From assembly GCA_963798845.1 (NCBI GenBank), contig CAWCUS010000006.1, positions 1,024,001-1,088,000 on the forward strand: a DNA stretch of 64,000 nucleotides. The letters run 5' to 3'. Both the position numbers and the translations under genes were made by a program. Positions 20,821 to 30,764 of this stretch are shown piece by piece. Numbering within the stretch: position 1 is the stretch's first letter; each line of letters begins with the position of its first letter. The notes under the pieces were generated by a model. It searched no databases and was not told where the DNA came from. It worked only from the letters and a program-made list of their open reading frames with translations. The DNA comes from an uncultured Gemmatimonadales bacterium. GTDB lineage: Bacteria > Gemmatimonadota > Gemmatimonadetes > Longimicrobiales > RSA9.

Positions 20821-21264
20821 ATGGACTTCCTGAAGAGACTGTTCGCCTCACCGGACGAGAAGGCGGTGGACTACTACCGCGAGGGAACGGAACTGCTCCG
20901 GGCGGGGCGGTACCACGAAGCGCTCACCTCCTTCCGGCTGGCGCAGCGGGACCGTCCAAAGGACCTGGCGGTGCTGCAACAGATCGCCATCACCTATACC
21001 CGGATCGGCATGACCGATGAGGCGGCGAAGACGTACCGCACCGTCCTGGAACGCGATCCCGGGGCCGCTGGCGCTCACTACGGCCTTGCGTTCCTGCACC
21101 TGTCGGCAGGGCGCGCCGACCAGGCGAAGGAGCACCTGCGCAGCTTCCTCGCCTCGCCGCCGCAGGATGCGGAGGCGCAGCGGCACGTCGACCATGCCCG
21201 GGCAACGCTCGACCGGCTGGAAGGGGGCCATGGGACCGAGGGGGCCGGGGGCGAGCTGATGTGA
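20821..21264 (+). CDS. TPR repeat protein
   Basis: Helical TPR patterns (AHYGLAFLHL..G..DQA). Confidence 0.8.
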   Translation: MDFLKRLFASPDEKAVDYYREGTELLRAGRYHEALTSFRLAQRDRPKDLAVLQQIAITYTRIGMTDEAAKTYRTVLERDPGAAGAHYGLAFLHLSAGRADQAKEHLRSFLASPPQDAEAQRHVDHARATLDRLEGGHGTEGAGGELM

Positions 21265-21668
21265 GCGACGTCCTCGTCGTGGCCCGGTGGCAGGGAGATC
21301 TCCGCTTCGAGGCGACCGGGGCGGCGGGAACGCCGGTCGCGGTGGACGGGAACCGCGAAGCGGGCGTGTCTCCGATGGAGCTGCTCCTGATCGGGCTCGC
21401 CACGTGCATGGGCGCCGACGTGGCCGACATCCTCACGCGGATGCACGTGCCATTCACGGCGCTGAGCGTGAGGGCCGAAGGGGATCGTCGGGCGAAGGCC
21501 CCCCGCCGCTACGAGGCGGTGCGCCTGGTATACGAGACGGAGGGGATCGCCGAGGAGAGTGCGGGCAAGCTCCAGCGGGCGATCGATCTTTCGCGGGACA
21601 GGTATTGCAGCGTGCTGCACACGCTCCAGCCGGAGCTCGAGCTGTCCATCGAGGTCCAGCGCGGCTGA
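21261..21668 (+). CDS. OsmC family protein
   Basis: SPMELLLIGLATC and RYCSV cysteines. Confidence 0.88.
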   Translation: MSDVLVVARWQGDLRFEATGAAGTPVAVDGNREAGVSPMELLLIGLATCMGADVADILTRMHVPFTALSVRAEGDRRAKAPRRYEAVRLVYETEGIAEESAGKLQRAIDLSRDRYCSVLHTLQPELELSIEVQRG

Positions 21669-21695
21669 GCGCCCCCCAGACAACCGGAGACTGCC

Positions 21696-23555
21696 ATGGC
21701 GATGGCTCCCGACAGCACCCGCCAGTACGCCGCCAACCCCGCCGACCTCCCCCGGGGGACCCTGCTGGAGCTGTTCTTCCATGCCGTGGATGAGGTGGAC
21801 AGCGAGGACGCTCTTCGTCACCGGGTGGCGCCGGGCGAGTGGAGGTCGATCTCGCACCGTGCCTTCCTCGAGCGGGTCCGACACACGTCGCTGGGGCTCC
21901 GTGCCCTCGGGCTGGAGCGTGGGCAGCGCGTGGCGATCCTGTCCGAGAACCGGCCGGAGTGGGCGCAGGCGGACTGGGCTGCGCTGTGCGCCGGGATCAC
22001 GGACATCCCGGTTTACGACACGCTCCCGTCCAACCAGGTGGCGTACATCCTCAAGGACGCGGAGATCCGGCTGATCTTCGTGTCCAGTCCCGAGCAGCTC
22101 GCGAAGGTGCAGGAGATCTGGGACGAGGTTCCGTCGCTGGAGCGGGCCGTGCTGTTCGACGGGACATCGGACGACGCCCGCGTGCTGACGCTGGCGAAGC
22201 TCCAGGAGCAGGGGGCGGAGGAAGAGGCGGCCGGGCGAGGGAGCGACTTTCGCGAGCGCGCGCTCGCGACGCAGCCGGACGATGTCGCCACCATGCTGTA
22301 CACGTCGGGCACCACGGGTCCACCGAAGGGCGTGCTCCTGTCGCACAACAACATCTACAGCAACGTGCAGGCGGTGGACCGGGCGTTCTACGCCGGCCCC
22401 GAGGACGTGGCCGTGAGCTTTCTTCCGCTCTCCCACATCCTGGAGCGGATGGTGGACTACTGGCTGTTCTCGCACGGCGTGACCATCGCGTACGTTCACG
22501 ACATCCAGCTCGTGGCCGACTCGCTGGTGGAGGTGCGCCCCACGATCGCGGTTTCCACGCCGCGGCTCTACGAGAAGGTGTACGACCGGGTCATGTCCCA
22601 GACCGGCGCGAAGGGGAAGATCGTGTCGTGGGCGGCGGGCGTGGCAAGGGAGTGGACGGCGGCGAAGATGGCGGGCCGCTCGCCCGGTATCGCCACGGCG
22701 CTGCAGCGGCCGGTGGCGGACCGGCTGGTGTTCCACAAGCTGCGAGGTCGGATCGGCGGGCGGCTCCGGTTCTTCATCTCGGGCGGCGCGCCGCTGGCGC
22801 AGCACGTAGCCACGTTCTTCTACGGCGCCGGCGTGCTCGTGCTGGAGGGGTACGGACTCACCGAGACCTCACCCGTGACGAACGTGAACACGGAGGCGGA
22901 CCTGCGCTTCGGGACGGTTGGGAAGCCCGTCGCCGGAACGGAGATCATGATCGCGGACGACGGCGAGATCCTGGTCCGGGGGCCGCAGGTGATGCAGGGC
23001 TACTTCAACCGGCCGGAGGACACGGCGGCGGTCATCGACAGCGACGGGTGGTTCCACACGGGGGATATCGGTGAGATCGACCACGACGGCTACCTGCGGA
23101 TCACGGACCGGAAGAAGGACCTGATCGTCACGGCCGGCGGGAAGAACATCGCGCCGCAGCCCATCGAGAACCGGGTGAAGGAGAGCCCGTTCATCGACGA
23201 GGCGGTCATGGTTGGAGACCGGCGCCCGTATCCGGTGCTGCTCCTGGTGCCGAACCCGGAGAAGCTGTCGGAGTGGGCGGCGTCGCAGGGAATGGACGCG
23301 AGCGCGGGCGGGTTCCTGGCCGATCCGCGCACGGTGGAGAAGCTGGAAGCCGAGTCGCTGGGTCGACTGGGGGAAGGGTTCGCCCGCTTCGAGCGCCCGA
23401 AGAAGGTCGCGCTCCTGGACGCGGAATTCTCGGTGGGCGGGGGGGAGCTGACGCCGACGCAGAAGGTGAAGCGCCGCGTGGTCGAGGAGCGCTACCGCGA
23501 CGCCATCGAAGGACTGTACAATGAGGAGCGGATCGCGGTGGGCGATGGTGAGTGA
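21696..23555 (+). CDS. long-chain fatty acid--CoA ligase
   Basis: YTSGTTGPPKGV, EGYGLTE, WFHTGDIG, ITDRKKDL. Confidence 0.92.
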   Translation: MAMAPDSTRQYAANPADLPRGTLLELFFHAVDEVDSEDALRHRVAPGEWRSISHRAFLERVRHTSLGLRALGLERGQRVAILSENRPEWAQADWAALCAGITDIPVYDTLPSNQVAYILKDAEIRLIFVSSPEQLAKVQEIWDEVPSLERAVLFDGTSDDARVLTLAKLQEQGAEEEAAGRGSDFRERALATQPDDVATMLYTSGTTGPPKGVLLSHNNIYSNVQAVDRAFYAGPEDVAVSFLPLSHILERMVDYWLFSHGVTIAYVHDIQLVADSLVEVRPTIAVSTPRLYEKVYDRVMSQTGAKGKIVSWAAGVAREWTAAKMAGRSPGIATALQRPVADRLVFHKLRGRIGGRLRFFISGGAPLAQHVATFFYGAGVLVLEGYGLTETSPVTNVNTEADLRFGTVGKPVAGTEIMIADDGEILVRGPQVMQGYFNRPEDTAAVIDSDGWFHTGDIGEIDHDGYLRITDRKKDLIVTAGGKNIAPQPIENRVKESPFIDEAVMVGDRRPYPVLLLVPNPEKLSEWAASQGMDASAGGFLADPRTVEKLEAESLGRLGEGFARFERPKKVALLDAEFSVGGGELTPTQKVKRRVVEERYRDAIEGLYNEERIAVGDGE

Positions 23556-23880
23556 CGGGGGCGCCCGGATCGTGCTCGTGACCGCGCCCGATCCCGTCAC
23601 GGCGGAGTCGCTGGTGCGCCGGCTCGTGGACGAGCGGGTGGTCGCGTGCGGGACCATCCTTCCCGGCGCCACGTCCATTTACCGGTGGGAGGGCGAGGTG
23701 GAGCGTGCGGACGAGGCAGTGATCGTGTTCAAGACCACGGCCGCCTCGGCGGAGCGGTTGATCCAGCGGGTGCCCGAGCTGCACCCGTACGATGTCCCGG
23801 AGGTGCTGGTGCTGCCGGTGGAATCCGGTCACGGCCCGTACCTCGACTGGGTGGGCGCAAACGTGGGCGGAGATTCGTGA
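23545..23880 (+). CDS. cutA: divalent-cation tolerance protein CutA
   Basis: VACGTI, SIYRWEG, HPYDVPE, YLDWV. Confidence 0.9.
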   Translation: MVSDGGARIVLVTAPDPVTAESLVRRLVDERVVACGTILPGATSIYRWEGEVERADEAVIVFKTTAASAERLIQRVPELHPYDVPEVLVLPVESGHGPYLDWVGANVGGDS

Positions 23881-24578
23881 TGGAAGGCGTAGGCCAGAGA
23901 CGCGGACGGAAGGGGAAAGGCGAGGTCGAGCAAGCGCAGCCGGGGACGAGTGCGCCGGGCGGGGCGGCTCGAGCAGGCGTTGGCCCGAAATCCGGATCAG
24001 GGGCGGAGAGCGCGGGCGCGGCCGCGCTCGCCGAAGCTCGCCAGCGTGTGGTGGATGATCCGGGCGATGTCGCCGCGCGGCTGGCGCTGGCGGCGATCCA
24101 CCGCGAGCGCGGAGAAGCGCCGCTGGCGGTGGAGCAGCTGGAGGCGGTGCGCGCGCAGGTGCCGGACGACGTCGACGTGCTGGTGGCGCTCGGGGTGGCG
24201 CTGGCGGCGGCGGGCCGTTCGAACGACGCCGAGAAGGAGCTCCGGCGAGCCCAGCGGCTGGACCCGCAGCGGGCGGAGCCACACACCCAGCTGGGCGTGC
24301 TGCTCTTCAAGCGAGGGCTCTGCCGCCAGGCGGAGACGGAGCTTCGCCGCGCAATCGAGCTGGACGAGCGGGACGCGGACGCGTGCTTCTACCGGGGCGA
24401 AGCGCTGAACCAGCTCGGGGAAGTGGATGGAGCGCTGGAGATGCTGCAGCGTGCGGTACGCTTCCAGCCGGGCAACGCGCGCGCGTACTACACGATGGGC
24501 ATCCTCTACGACCGCAAGCACCTGACCGAGGAAGCCACGGCCATGTACCGGAAGGCCCGGGAGGTCGGCTCGGGATGA
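23880..24578 (+). CDS. TPR repeat protein
   Basis: Multiple TPR repeats; ATG overlaps cutA stop. Confidence 0.8.
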   Translation: MEGVGQRRGRKGKGEVEQAQPGTSAPGGAARAGVGPKSGSGAESAGAAALAEARQRVVDDPGDVAARLALAAIHRERGEAPLAVEQLEAVRAQVPDDVDVLVALGVALAAAGRSNDAEKELRRAQRLDPQRAEPHTQLGVLLFKRGLCRQAETELRRAIELDERDADACFYRGEALNQLGEVDGALEMLQRAVRFQPGNARAYYTMGILYDRKHLTEEATAMYRKAREVGSG

Positions 24579-25099
24579 TCGAAGTCCGCGTGGCCGAGCT
24601 GGCGGACGTGCCGGCGGGCGCCGCGCTCCGCCCCGTGGCTTCGGACTTCTCACCAGTGAACCCGGCCATGATCCGCTTCGACCGGGCAGCGGGCGCGGCC
24701 GTGGCGGCGCAGTGCGCGAGCCTGGGCGACATTCCGGTCGGCTCGGCGGTGATCACGCCGGGCGGAGAGCTGGATGCCGAGTACATCGTGCACGTGGCGG
24801 TGCGCTCCACGGACGAGAACGTCTCGCGTGCAGCCGTGCAACGCGGTCTGCTCAACGGTCTGAGGCGGCTGGAGCAGTGGGGGATCGAGAGCGTGGCCGT
24901 CGCGCCGCTGGGGGTGGGGGCGGGGAACCTCGACGCGGAGGAGTCAGCGGACGCGATGCTGCCGGTGCTGGTGGAGCACATGCGCGGAAGCCGTCACCCG
25001 TCCACCATCATCCTGGCCGTGGAGGACGCCTACCAGCGCGACGCGTTCGCCGCCGCAGTGGCGCGCCACGCGGGAAAGCTGTCGGGGAAGAGGGCCTGA
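24575..25099 (+). CDS. macro domain protein
   Basis: GSAVITPGGELDAEYIVHVAV, SVAVAPLGVGAG. Confidence 0.8.
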   Translation: MIEVRVAELADVPAGAALRPVASDFSPVNPAMIRFDRAAGAAVAAQCASLGDIPVGSAVITPGGELDAEYIVHVAVRSTDENVSRAAVQRGLLNGLRRLEQWGIESVAVAPLGVGAGNLDAEESADAMLPVLVEHMRGSRHPSTIILAVEDAYQRDAFAAAVARHAGKLSGKRA

Positions 25100-25340
25100 C
25101 CCCGAGGCCCTGGCGGCACGATTCCTGTTCGCCGCTCGGGGCCGGAGGTACGAACGCCGCCCCGGCCTGGCCGTGGGCACGAACCAAGCACTGAACGCGG
25201 GCCCATTCATGACGACGCTCTCCCCAGCGACGATCCTCTTCGCGACTTTCGCCATCGGCACGCCGACGCAGTCCCCGGCCCCCGCCTTCGTTCCGCCGCG
25301 ATTGGACGGGCGACGGATCGCGGAGGAGGAGTCGTAGGCC

Positions 25341-25733
25341 ATGGCGACGACCGAGCGGAGCCGGCCTCCGGCGCACCTCCATCTCCCCGGCTCCGGCGAC
25401 GCCCCGGCGTCCGTGGAGATCATCTACCAGCCGCGGCCGACCCGCATAGCACGAGCGATGATGATCCTGGTGGTCTCCATCCTGATCATGCCCGTCGTGT
25501 TCTTCATCCCACCGCACTTCCTCTGGCCGCTCCTGTCGCTGGCGGCCGGGATCTACTTCGCCCGGAAGTACTGGATCGGCGAGTACTACGTCACCGAGTT
25601 CGAGGGCGCGTGTCCGCGCTGCGGCGGCGCGCTGGAGCTGAAGTCGGGGTCGAGGATCCGCAATCCGGAGGTGCTGGAGTGCTACGGCTGTCACCGTCAG
25701 CCGGAGCTGGTGGTCGATGAACCGGGAGGGTGA
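25341..25733 (+). CDS. hypothetical two-TM protein with C-terminal Zn ribbon
   Basis: Two hydrophobic helices, CPRC and CYGC. Confidence 0.7.
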   Translation: MATTERSRPPAHLHLPGSGDAPASVEIIYQPRPTRIARAMMILVVSILIMPVVFFIPPHFLWPLLSLAAGIYFARKYWIGEYYVTEFEGACPRCGGALELKSGSRIRNPEVLECYGCHRQPELVVDEPGG

Positions 25734-25968
25734 CCGGGGAGCCGACCTGGAGCTCGCCCTCCTCGCCGCCACGGAGGCGGGGGAAGCGGTGGTGGATCCG
25801 ATCGACGGGACCCGGTCATTCATCGCGGGGTACCGCGAGTTCGCCATCTCCGTCGCCCTGGTCGCCGCGCCGGTGCTGCACCGTCGACTGCTGGCCACGG
25901 TGGCCCGGCTCGGCGCCCGTCGCGAAGACAGCGGAGGGGGCATGCGGACCGCGGAAGGAGAGGATTGA
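25717..25968 (+). pseudogene. internally deleted CysQ/inositol monophosphatase remnant
   Basis: 83 aa: N-helix DLELALLAATEAGEAV fused directly to VDPIDGTRSFIAGYREFAISVALV and a C-terminal AAPVLHRRLL; family members are ~250-270 aa. Confidence 0.7.
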
Positions 25969-26150
25969 TGCTGCAGATCGTCGGGATGGTGGTGGCACTC
26001 CTGGTCGGCTTCTACATTGGGTTCGGCTTTCCCGGGCTTCCCGGGCGCAAGGACCGCGTGCTGCCCAGAGGGATGAGGCGGCGGCGGCGAACCTTCACGC
26101 CGCTCGACCTGCTCCGGCGGTGGGAGCGTCCGAGCGAGCGGCGTCGGTGA
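25968..26150 (+). CDS. small single-TM hypothetical protein
   Basis: RBS GAGGA, hydrophobic N-terminus, basic tail, coupled to neighbours. Confidence 0.6.
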   Translation: MLQIVGMVVALLVGFYIGFGFPGLPGRKDRVLPRGMRRRRRTFTPLDLLRRWERPSERRR

Positions 26151-26623
26151 CAGCGGGGGAAGCGGGCGCGATCGAAGCGGGCGCGGTCCAGCCGGCGCGG
26201 GCGCGTCCCGATGAGTTCCGCTTCGTCCACCCCGTGGAGGTGCGCTTCCGGGACCTCGACCCCATGGGGCACGTGCATCACTCGCTCCCGCTCATGTACT
26301 GGGAGGAGGCTCGTGCGCGGTACTGGCGCCAGGTTGCGGGCCGGGCGACGGTCGACGCCATCGACTACGTGATGGGCGAGTTCACGCTCCGTTTCCACCA
26401 GCGGATCCGATTCCCCGCGCAGCTGCGCGCGGGCGTCCGTGTGACGCGGCTCGGCGGGCGGAGCTGGGAAATGGAGTACGGACTGTGGTCGGAGGACGGG
26501 ACGCCGCTCGCTTCCGGGAGGAGCACGCAGGTGATGTTCGACTACGCGGCCGGGTCGTCGAAGCCGCTCGACCCCGAAACGCGGGCCCGGATCGAGGCTT
26601 TCGAAGGGCGGCCGCTCAGGTGA
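26147..26623 (+). CDS. acyl-CoA thioesterase (4HBT/YbgC family)
   Basis: VRFRDLDPMGHVHH, YWEEAR; GTG overlaps upstream stop. Confidence 0.85.
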   Translation: MTAGEAGAIEAGAVQPARARPDEFRFVHPVEVRFRDLDPMGHVHHSLPLMYWEEARARYWRQVAGRATVDAIDYVMGEFTLRFHQRIRFPAQLRAGVRVTRLGGRSWEMEYGLWSEDGTPLASGRSTQVMFDYAAGSSKPLDPETRARIEAFEGRPLR

Positions 26624-28184
26624 GCGCCTGCACCGCGACCAGGGTGACGCCGATGATCGCGCCGAGCACGTAGCCCAGGTAGACGATCAGCTGGAGCTCG
26701 CGCTGTGTGACGCCCCGCACCAGCTCCTCCACCTTCACCATCGGGTACTCCAGGATCTTCTGCTCGACCTTGCCCGCGATGTCGATGCGCTGGGCGACGG
26801 CGGGAACCTGCTCCTGGAGCCAGTTCCAGAGCGGGTCCTCGATCGCGGCCCGCAGGCGCTGCGCGGCATCGTCGCCGAGCAGGTCGGCGGGTCGGCCGAT
26901 CGCCCGGTTCAGCAGCAGCTCCAGGCCCCGCTCCACCACTTCACGGTAGAGCCTCGCCGCCTCGTCGCTGCGCGCAGCCGCGACCAGTGTGTCCGCCACC
27001 CGATCGGGCGGAAGGCGGCGGAGGAGGTCGCCCCAGGTGCGCTGCTCCGCGGCGCCCAGAGTCGACCGCAGCTTCTCGACGAGGAACTCCCGCGTCTGGG
27101 CATCGCGGGCGACGCCCAGCACCCAGCCGCCCACGGTCTCCTTCGCCTGCTCCACACTCGGGTCGCCGGGGCGCCCGAGGACTTCCGCCACCGGTCGGCG
27201 CAGAAAATCCACGATGGCGTCGTTGACGCTGCGCGCCATGGCGTCCCTCACGGCCGGCTCGTGCAGGAGCTCCGACAGGTTCGCCGCGCCTTCCGTCTCC
27301 ATGGCGCGGATCACCCGGTCCACGGTGTCGGGCGGAATGATCAGGGCGGCGACCACGCGCTTGTAGAAGTTCAGGTCCTGGAGGAATCGCTCCAGGAGGC
27401 GGTGGAGCACGGCCCGGAGCTTCTCGCGGGCGTCCGGGTCGTCCAGCAACCCGGCCAGGCGCTCGATGGCCAGTGGGAGGTAGCCCGCGATCCCTTTCTC
27501 CACCGCGGCCACCAGCCCCATGGGGAGCAGCGCTTCGAAGGTCCGGCCCGGAGCCAGGAGCCGGTTGCCGGCGCGGTCCAGGTAGTCGCGCACGGCCAGC
27601 TCGAAGCCGGTGCCCTCGACCGCGTCCTGGATGAGCCGATGGGCGAGGTCCGTCACTGCCTCCTCGCGCTCCTCGGTGAGGATCTCCGATACCGGGCGGT
27701 CGCGGAGTTCCTCGAGCAGCCGCGCGCTCCAGCGCCGGGCCGCGTCGATGAACGCGTCGCTCTCCAGGTAGCCATCCAGGCGACGGAGAGCCGAGTCCGT
27801 GACTTCGTCCAGCAGCGGCCGGATCTCGTCCAGCGCCCGGGGCGGCAGCAGCTCCGCGAGGGCGGGCCGCTCCTGCTCCAGGAGGTCGCGAAGGAAGTGG
27901 TCGAGGCGGTCGTCGAAAGTCTCCCGGAACGCCGGCTCGGCCAGCGCGCGGGCGAGGTCGTCGCCGGTGAGCAGGCGCTCGCCGACGGTGCGGCCCATGG
28001 CGGCCGCGAGCCGCTCGCGGTTCTTGGGAATCGCGCCCTGCAGGAGCCGGAGCCGCCAGCGGCCGAGGCGGGGAGGCTCGTAGGGGTGGAAGAGCATCCA
28101 GATCGCGACGCTGTTGGTGATCCCGCCGGCGAGCGCGCCGAACGCCACCGTGACGGCGGCCTGGATGGTGGGACCCACGATCAC
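26616..28184 (-). CDS. DUF445 family membrane protein
   Basis: GGITNSVAIWMLFHP, QGAIPK, RELQLIVYLGYVLG. Confidence 0.85.
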   Translation of the reverse strand: MIVGPTIQAAVTVAFGALAGGITNSVAIWMLFHPYEPPRLGRWRLRLLQGAIPKNRERLAAAMGRTVGERLLTGDDLARALAEPAFRETFDDRLDHFLRDLLEQERPALAELLPPRALDEIRPLLDEVTDSALRRLDGYLESDAFIDAARRWSARLLEELRDRPVSEILTEEREEAVTDLAHRLIQDAVEGTGFELAVRDYLDRAGNRLLAPGRTFEALLPMGLVAAVEKGIAGYLPLAIERLAGLLDDPDAREKLRAVLHRLLERFLQDLNFYKRVVAALIIPPDTVDRVIRAMETEGAANLSELLHEPAVRDAMARSVNDAIVDFLRRPVAEVLGRPGDPSVEQAKETVGGWVLGVARDAQTREFLVEKLRSTLGAAEQRTWGDLLRRLPPDRVADTLVAAARSDEAARLYREVVERGLELLLNRAIGRPADLLGDDAAQRLRAAIEDPLWNWLQEQVPAVAQRIDIAGKVEQKILEYPMVKVEELVRGVTQRELQLIVYLGYVLGAIIGVTLVAVQALT

Positions 28185-29221
28185 CGGACCTGCCGGACGA
28201 GGCCGAACACGCCGCGGCGCATGCCGTGGTCCTCGATCCAGCCGGAGACCACCGCGTACCCGAGGGCGGAGATGTCGGGCATGCCGTGGAGGACGGAGCG
28301 ATCGGCCACCTCCGTCTTCAGCTCACCGGCCAGGTCGCCGGCGGAGGCGGTGAAGCGCCAGGCGGTGGGGAACTGCACCCCCGCCTCGTGGAAGTCCTCC
28401 CACGCCGTGGCTTCGAGATGTACGCCGCGGCGGACATCATCACCCTCCCCGTCGTGGATCCACGCCAGGTCGCCGTCGGTGGAGGCGACGAAGACCAGGT
28501 AGTACCCGGTGTCGTCGAGAAGGAACGCCTGCGCGCCTTGCCAGGAGATCGCGGTCGCGCCCGCACCGGCCGCCGCCGTGTCGCCCCGACCCCGAGCCTC
28601 CTCGGCGGCGGCGGAGTCGTCCTCCTGGGCGAGTCGGGCGAGCTCGCGGGCCAGCACCGGCTCGACCGTGCGGCCGAGCTGCGCGTCCAGGACCACGCCC
28701 TCGGTGGGCTCGTCATCCACTCGCAGGGTGGCTTTCCGCAGGACCAGCTGCGTCCCGGCGTCCGGACTGTCCTCGGCGATGGTCGAATCCGGTTCCAGGC
28801 GAACGGTGGGGTCGCCGCGGATCACGAGCCCGGACAGGTCGCCCCCTTCGCCAACCATGAGCTTCAGCGGCCCATGGGGAACGATTCGCCAGGGCTCGCG
28901 CAGCGGCTCGCTGCGCCAGCCGACGTCCAGGAGCGGAAGCCAGTTGCGGCCTTCGAGCAGACGCACCCGCTGCCCCCTGTGCGCGGCGCTGCTGTCGGCG
29001 AGCGTGCTGAAGTCGAAGACGGCCGCCGTGGGCATCTCCGTACCGGGGCCCATGAATACGAAGAGGCGATCGTAGGCGGCCGTTGGGCCGAAGTCCGCGG
29101 GATCGGTCGTCGTCCGGTCCGCCCGCTCGCTGCGCGGTGAGGAGCCTCGGTCACAGGCGCCCAGCCCGGCAGCAGCGGCGAGAAGGAGCGCCGTGATGAG
29201 CGATATCGAGCGTGAGGGCAT
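28181..29221 (-). CDS. hypothetical lipoprotein
   Basis: Signal peptide ending LGAC; coupled to the DUF445 gene. Confidence 0.7.
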   Translation of the reverse strand: MPSRSISLITALLLAAAAGLGACDRGSSPRSERADRTTTDPADFGPTAAYDRLFVFMGPGTEMPTAAVFDFSTLADSSAAHRGQRVRLLEGRNWLPLLDVGWRSEPLREPWRIVPHGPLKLMVGEGGDLSGLVIRGDPTVRLEPDSTIAEDSPDAGTQLVLRKATLRVDDEPTEGVVLDAQLGRTVEPVLARELARLAQEDDSAAAEEARGRGDTAAAGAGATAISWQGAQAFLLDDTGYYLVFVASTDGDLAWIHDGEGDDVRRGVHLEATAWEDFHEAGVQFPTAWRFTASAGDLAGELKTEVADRSVLHGMPDISALGYAVVSGWIEDHGMRRGVFGLVRQVR

Positions 29222-29361
29222 GGGTTCCAGGATCGGTGCTGCTGGGCCGGCGAGACCGTTCGCGAGCGCCGAAAACTAGCACCGTGCACCGTCGCCCGCT
29301 AACTTCGGCTCCGCTCCGGCCGCCCGGTGCCGGGATCCCGCGAGAACAGTGCAGAACGGCT

Positions 29362-30657
29362 ATGCAGCTCTACACGAAGATCCTCATCGGACTGGCCCTG
29401 GGGGTCGCCGCGGGCATGGTCGCCAACCTCATGGGGATCGAGTGGCTCCAGGCGACGCTGGTGGCCATCGAGCCCATCGGCACCGTGTTCATCCGGCTCA
29501 TCACCATGGTGGTCGTCCCTCTGGTGGCCGCCAGTCTGCTCATCGGCACGGCGTCGCTCGGCGACCTGCGGAAGCTCGGGCGCATCGGCGGGAAGACGGT
29601 CGCGTACTACATGATCACCACGGCCATCGCCGTGACGATCGGGATCATCCTATCGAACGTGGTGCGCCCCGGCGGGCGCATCGACCCGGCCACCCGCGAC
29701 GAGCTTGCCCAGGCCTACGCGACGCAGGCGGGCCAGAGCGTCGAGCTGGCGGCGGAAAAGCCGCCGGTCGTTCAGACGCTGCTGGAGATGATCCCGCGCA
29801 ACCCGGTGCAGGCGGCGGCGAACATGGACCTGCTGCCGCTCATCGTCTTCACCGTGCTGTTCGGCGCCGCCATCACGCTCGTCGAGGAGGAGAAGCGAAG
29901 AGCCGTGCTCATGGTGGCGGAAGGGGTGAACGACGCCGTCATGGTCCTGATCGACTGGATCATGAAGCTGGCCCCGTACGCCGTCTTCGCGCTGATCGGA
30001 TCGGTTGTGGCGCGCTTCGGTCTCGACCTGCTGCGCTCCCTCCTCATCTACACGCTCACCGTGGTGGCGGGGCTGGCGCTCCATGCCTTCGGGACCTACG
30101 CCCTCGTGATCCGGTTCCTGGTGAAGATGAACCCGGCGACGTTCTTCCGGCGCATCATCGAGGCTCCCGTGGTCGCGTTCTCCACGTCCAGCTCGAACGC
30201 CACGCTGCCGGTGACCATGGAGACCGCCGAGGAAAAGCTGGGCATCTCGCCCTCGGTGGCGTCGTTCGTCCTCCCGCTGGGCGCCACCATCAACATGGAC
30301 GGTACGGCGCTGTACCAGGCCGTGGCCACGATGTTCATCGCCCAGATCTACGGCGTGGCGCTCGGACCCCTCGATCAGCTGACCATCGTGCTCACGGCCA
30401 CGCTGGCGAGCATCGGCGCCGCGGGCGTGCCCAGCGCGGGCATCATCATCCTGGTCCTCGTCCTCAATTCCGTCGGCCTCGGCGGCCACGCCGCGGCCGG
30501 GATCGCCCTGATCCTGGGCGTGGACCGGATCCTGGACATGCTGCGCACCGCCGTGAACGTCACCGGCGACCTCACCGCCGCCAGCTTCGTGGCCCGCAGC
30601 GAGGGGGAGATGCTGGAGCCGAGGGTGGTGGACCACCCGATCCGCATGGGTCGGTGA
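29362..30657 (+). CDS. dicarboxylate/amino acid:cation symporter (GltP/DAACS)
   Basis: STSSSNATLP, PLGATINMDGTAL, DRILDMLRTAVNVTGD. Confidence 0.93.
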   Translation: MQLYTKILIGLALGVAAGMVANLMGIEWLQATLVAIEPIGTVFIRLITMVVVPLVAASLLIGTASLGDLRKLGRIGGKTVAYYMITTAIAVTIGIILSNVVRPGGRIDPATRDELAQAYATQAGQSVELAAEKPPVVQTLLEMIPRNPVQAAANMDLLPLIVFTVLFGAAITLVEEEKRRAVLMVAEGVNDAVMVLIDWIMKLAPYAVFALIGSVVARFGLDLLRSLLIYTLTVVAGLALHAFGTYALVIRFLVKMNPATFFRRIIEAPVVAFSTSSSNATLPVTMETAEEKLGISPSVASFVLPLGATINMDGTALYQAVATMFIAQIYGVALGPLDQLTIVLTATLASIGAAGVPSAGIIILVLVLNSVGLGGHAAAGIALILGVDRILDMLRTAVNVTGDLTAASFVARSEGEMLEPRVVDHPIRMGR

Positions 30658-30660
30658 GAG

Positions 30661-30720
30661 GCGGAGCGCGGCGGATCGACGCGGAGCACGGCGGATCGAC
30701 GCGGAGACACGGCGGAGCAC
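30661..30720. repeat. three imperfect 20-bp tandem repeats
   Basis: GCGGAGCGCGGCGGATCGAC / GCGGAGCACGGCGGATCGAC / GCGGAGACACGGCGGAGCAC between convergent genes. Confidence 0.7.
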
Positions 30721-30764
30721 CTCGTGAAAAGCCGTTCTCCGCGCTTTCCGCTCCCTCGCCTCTC

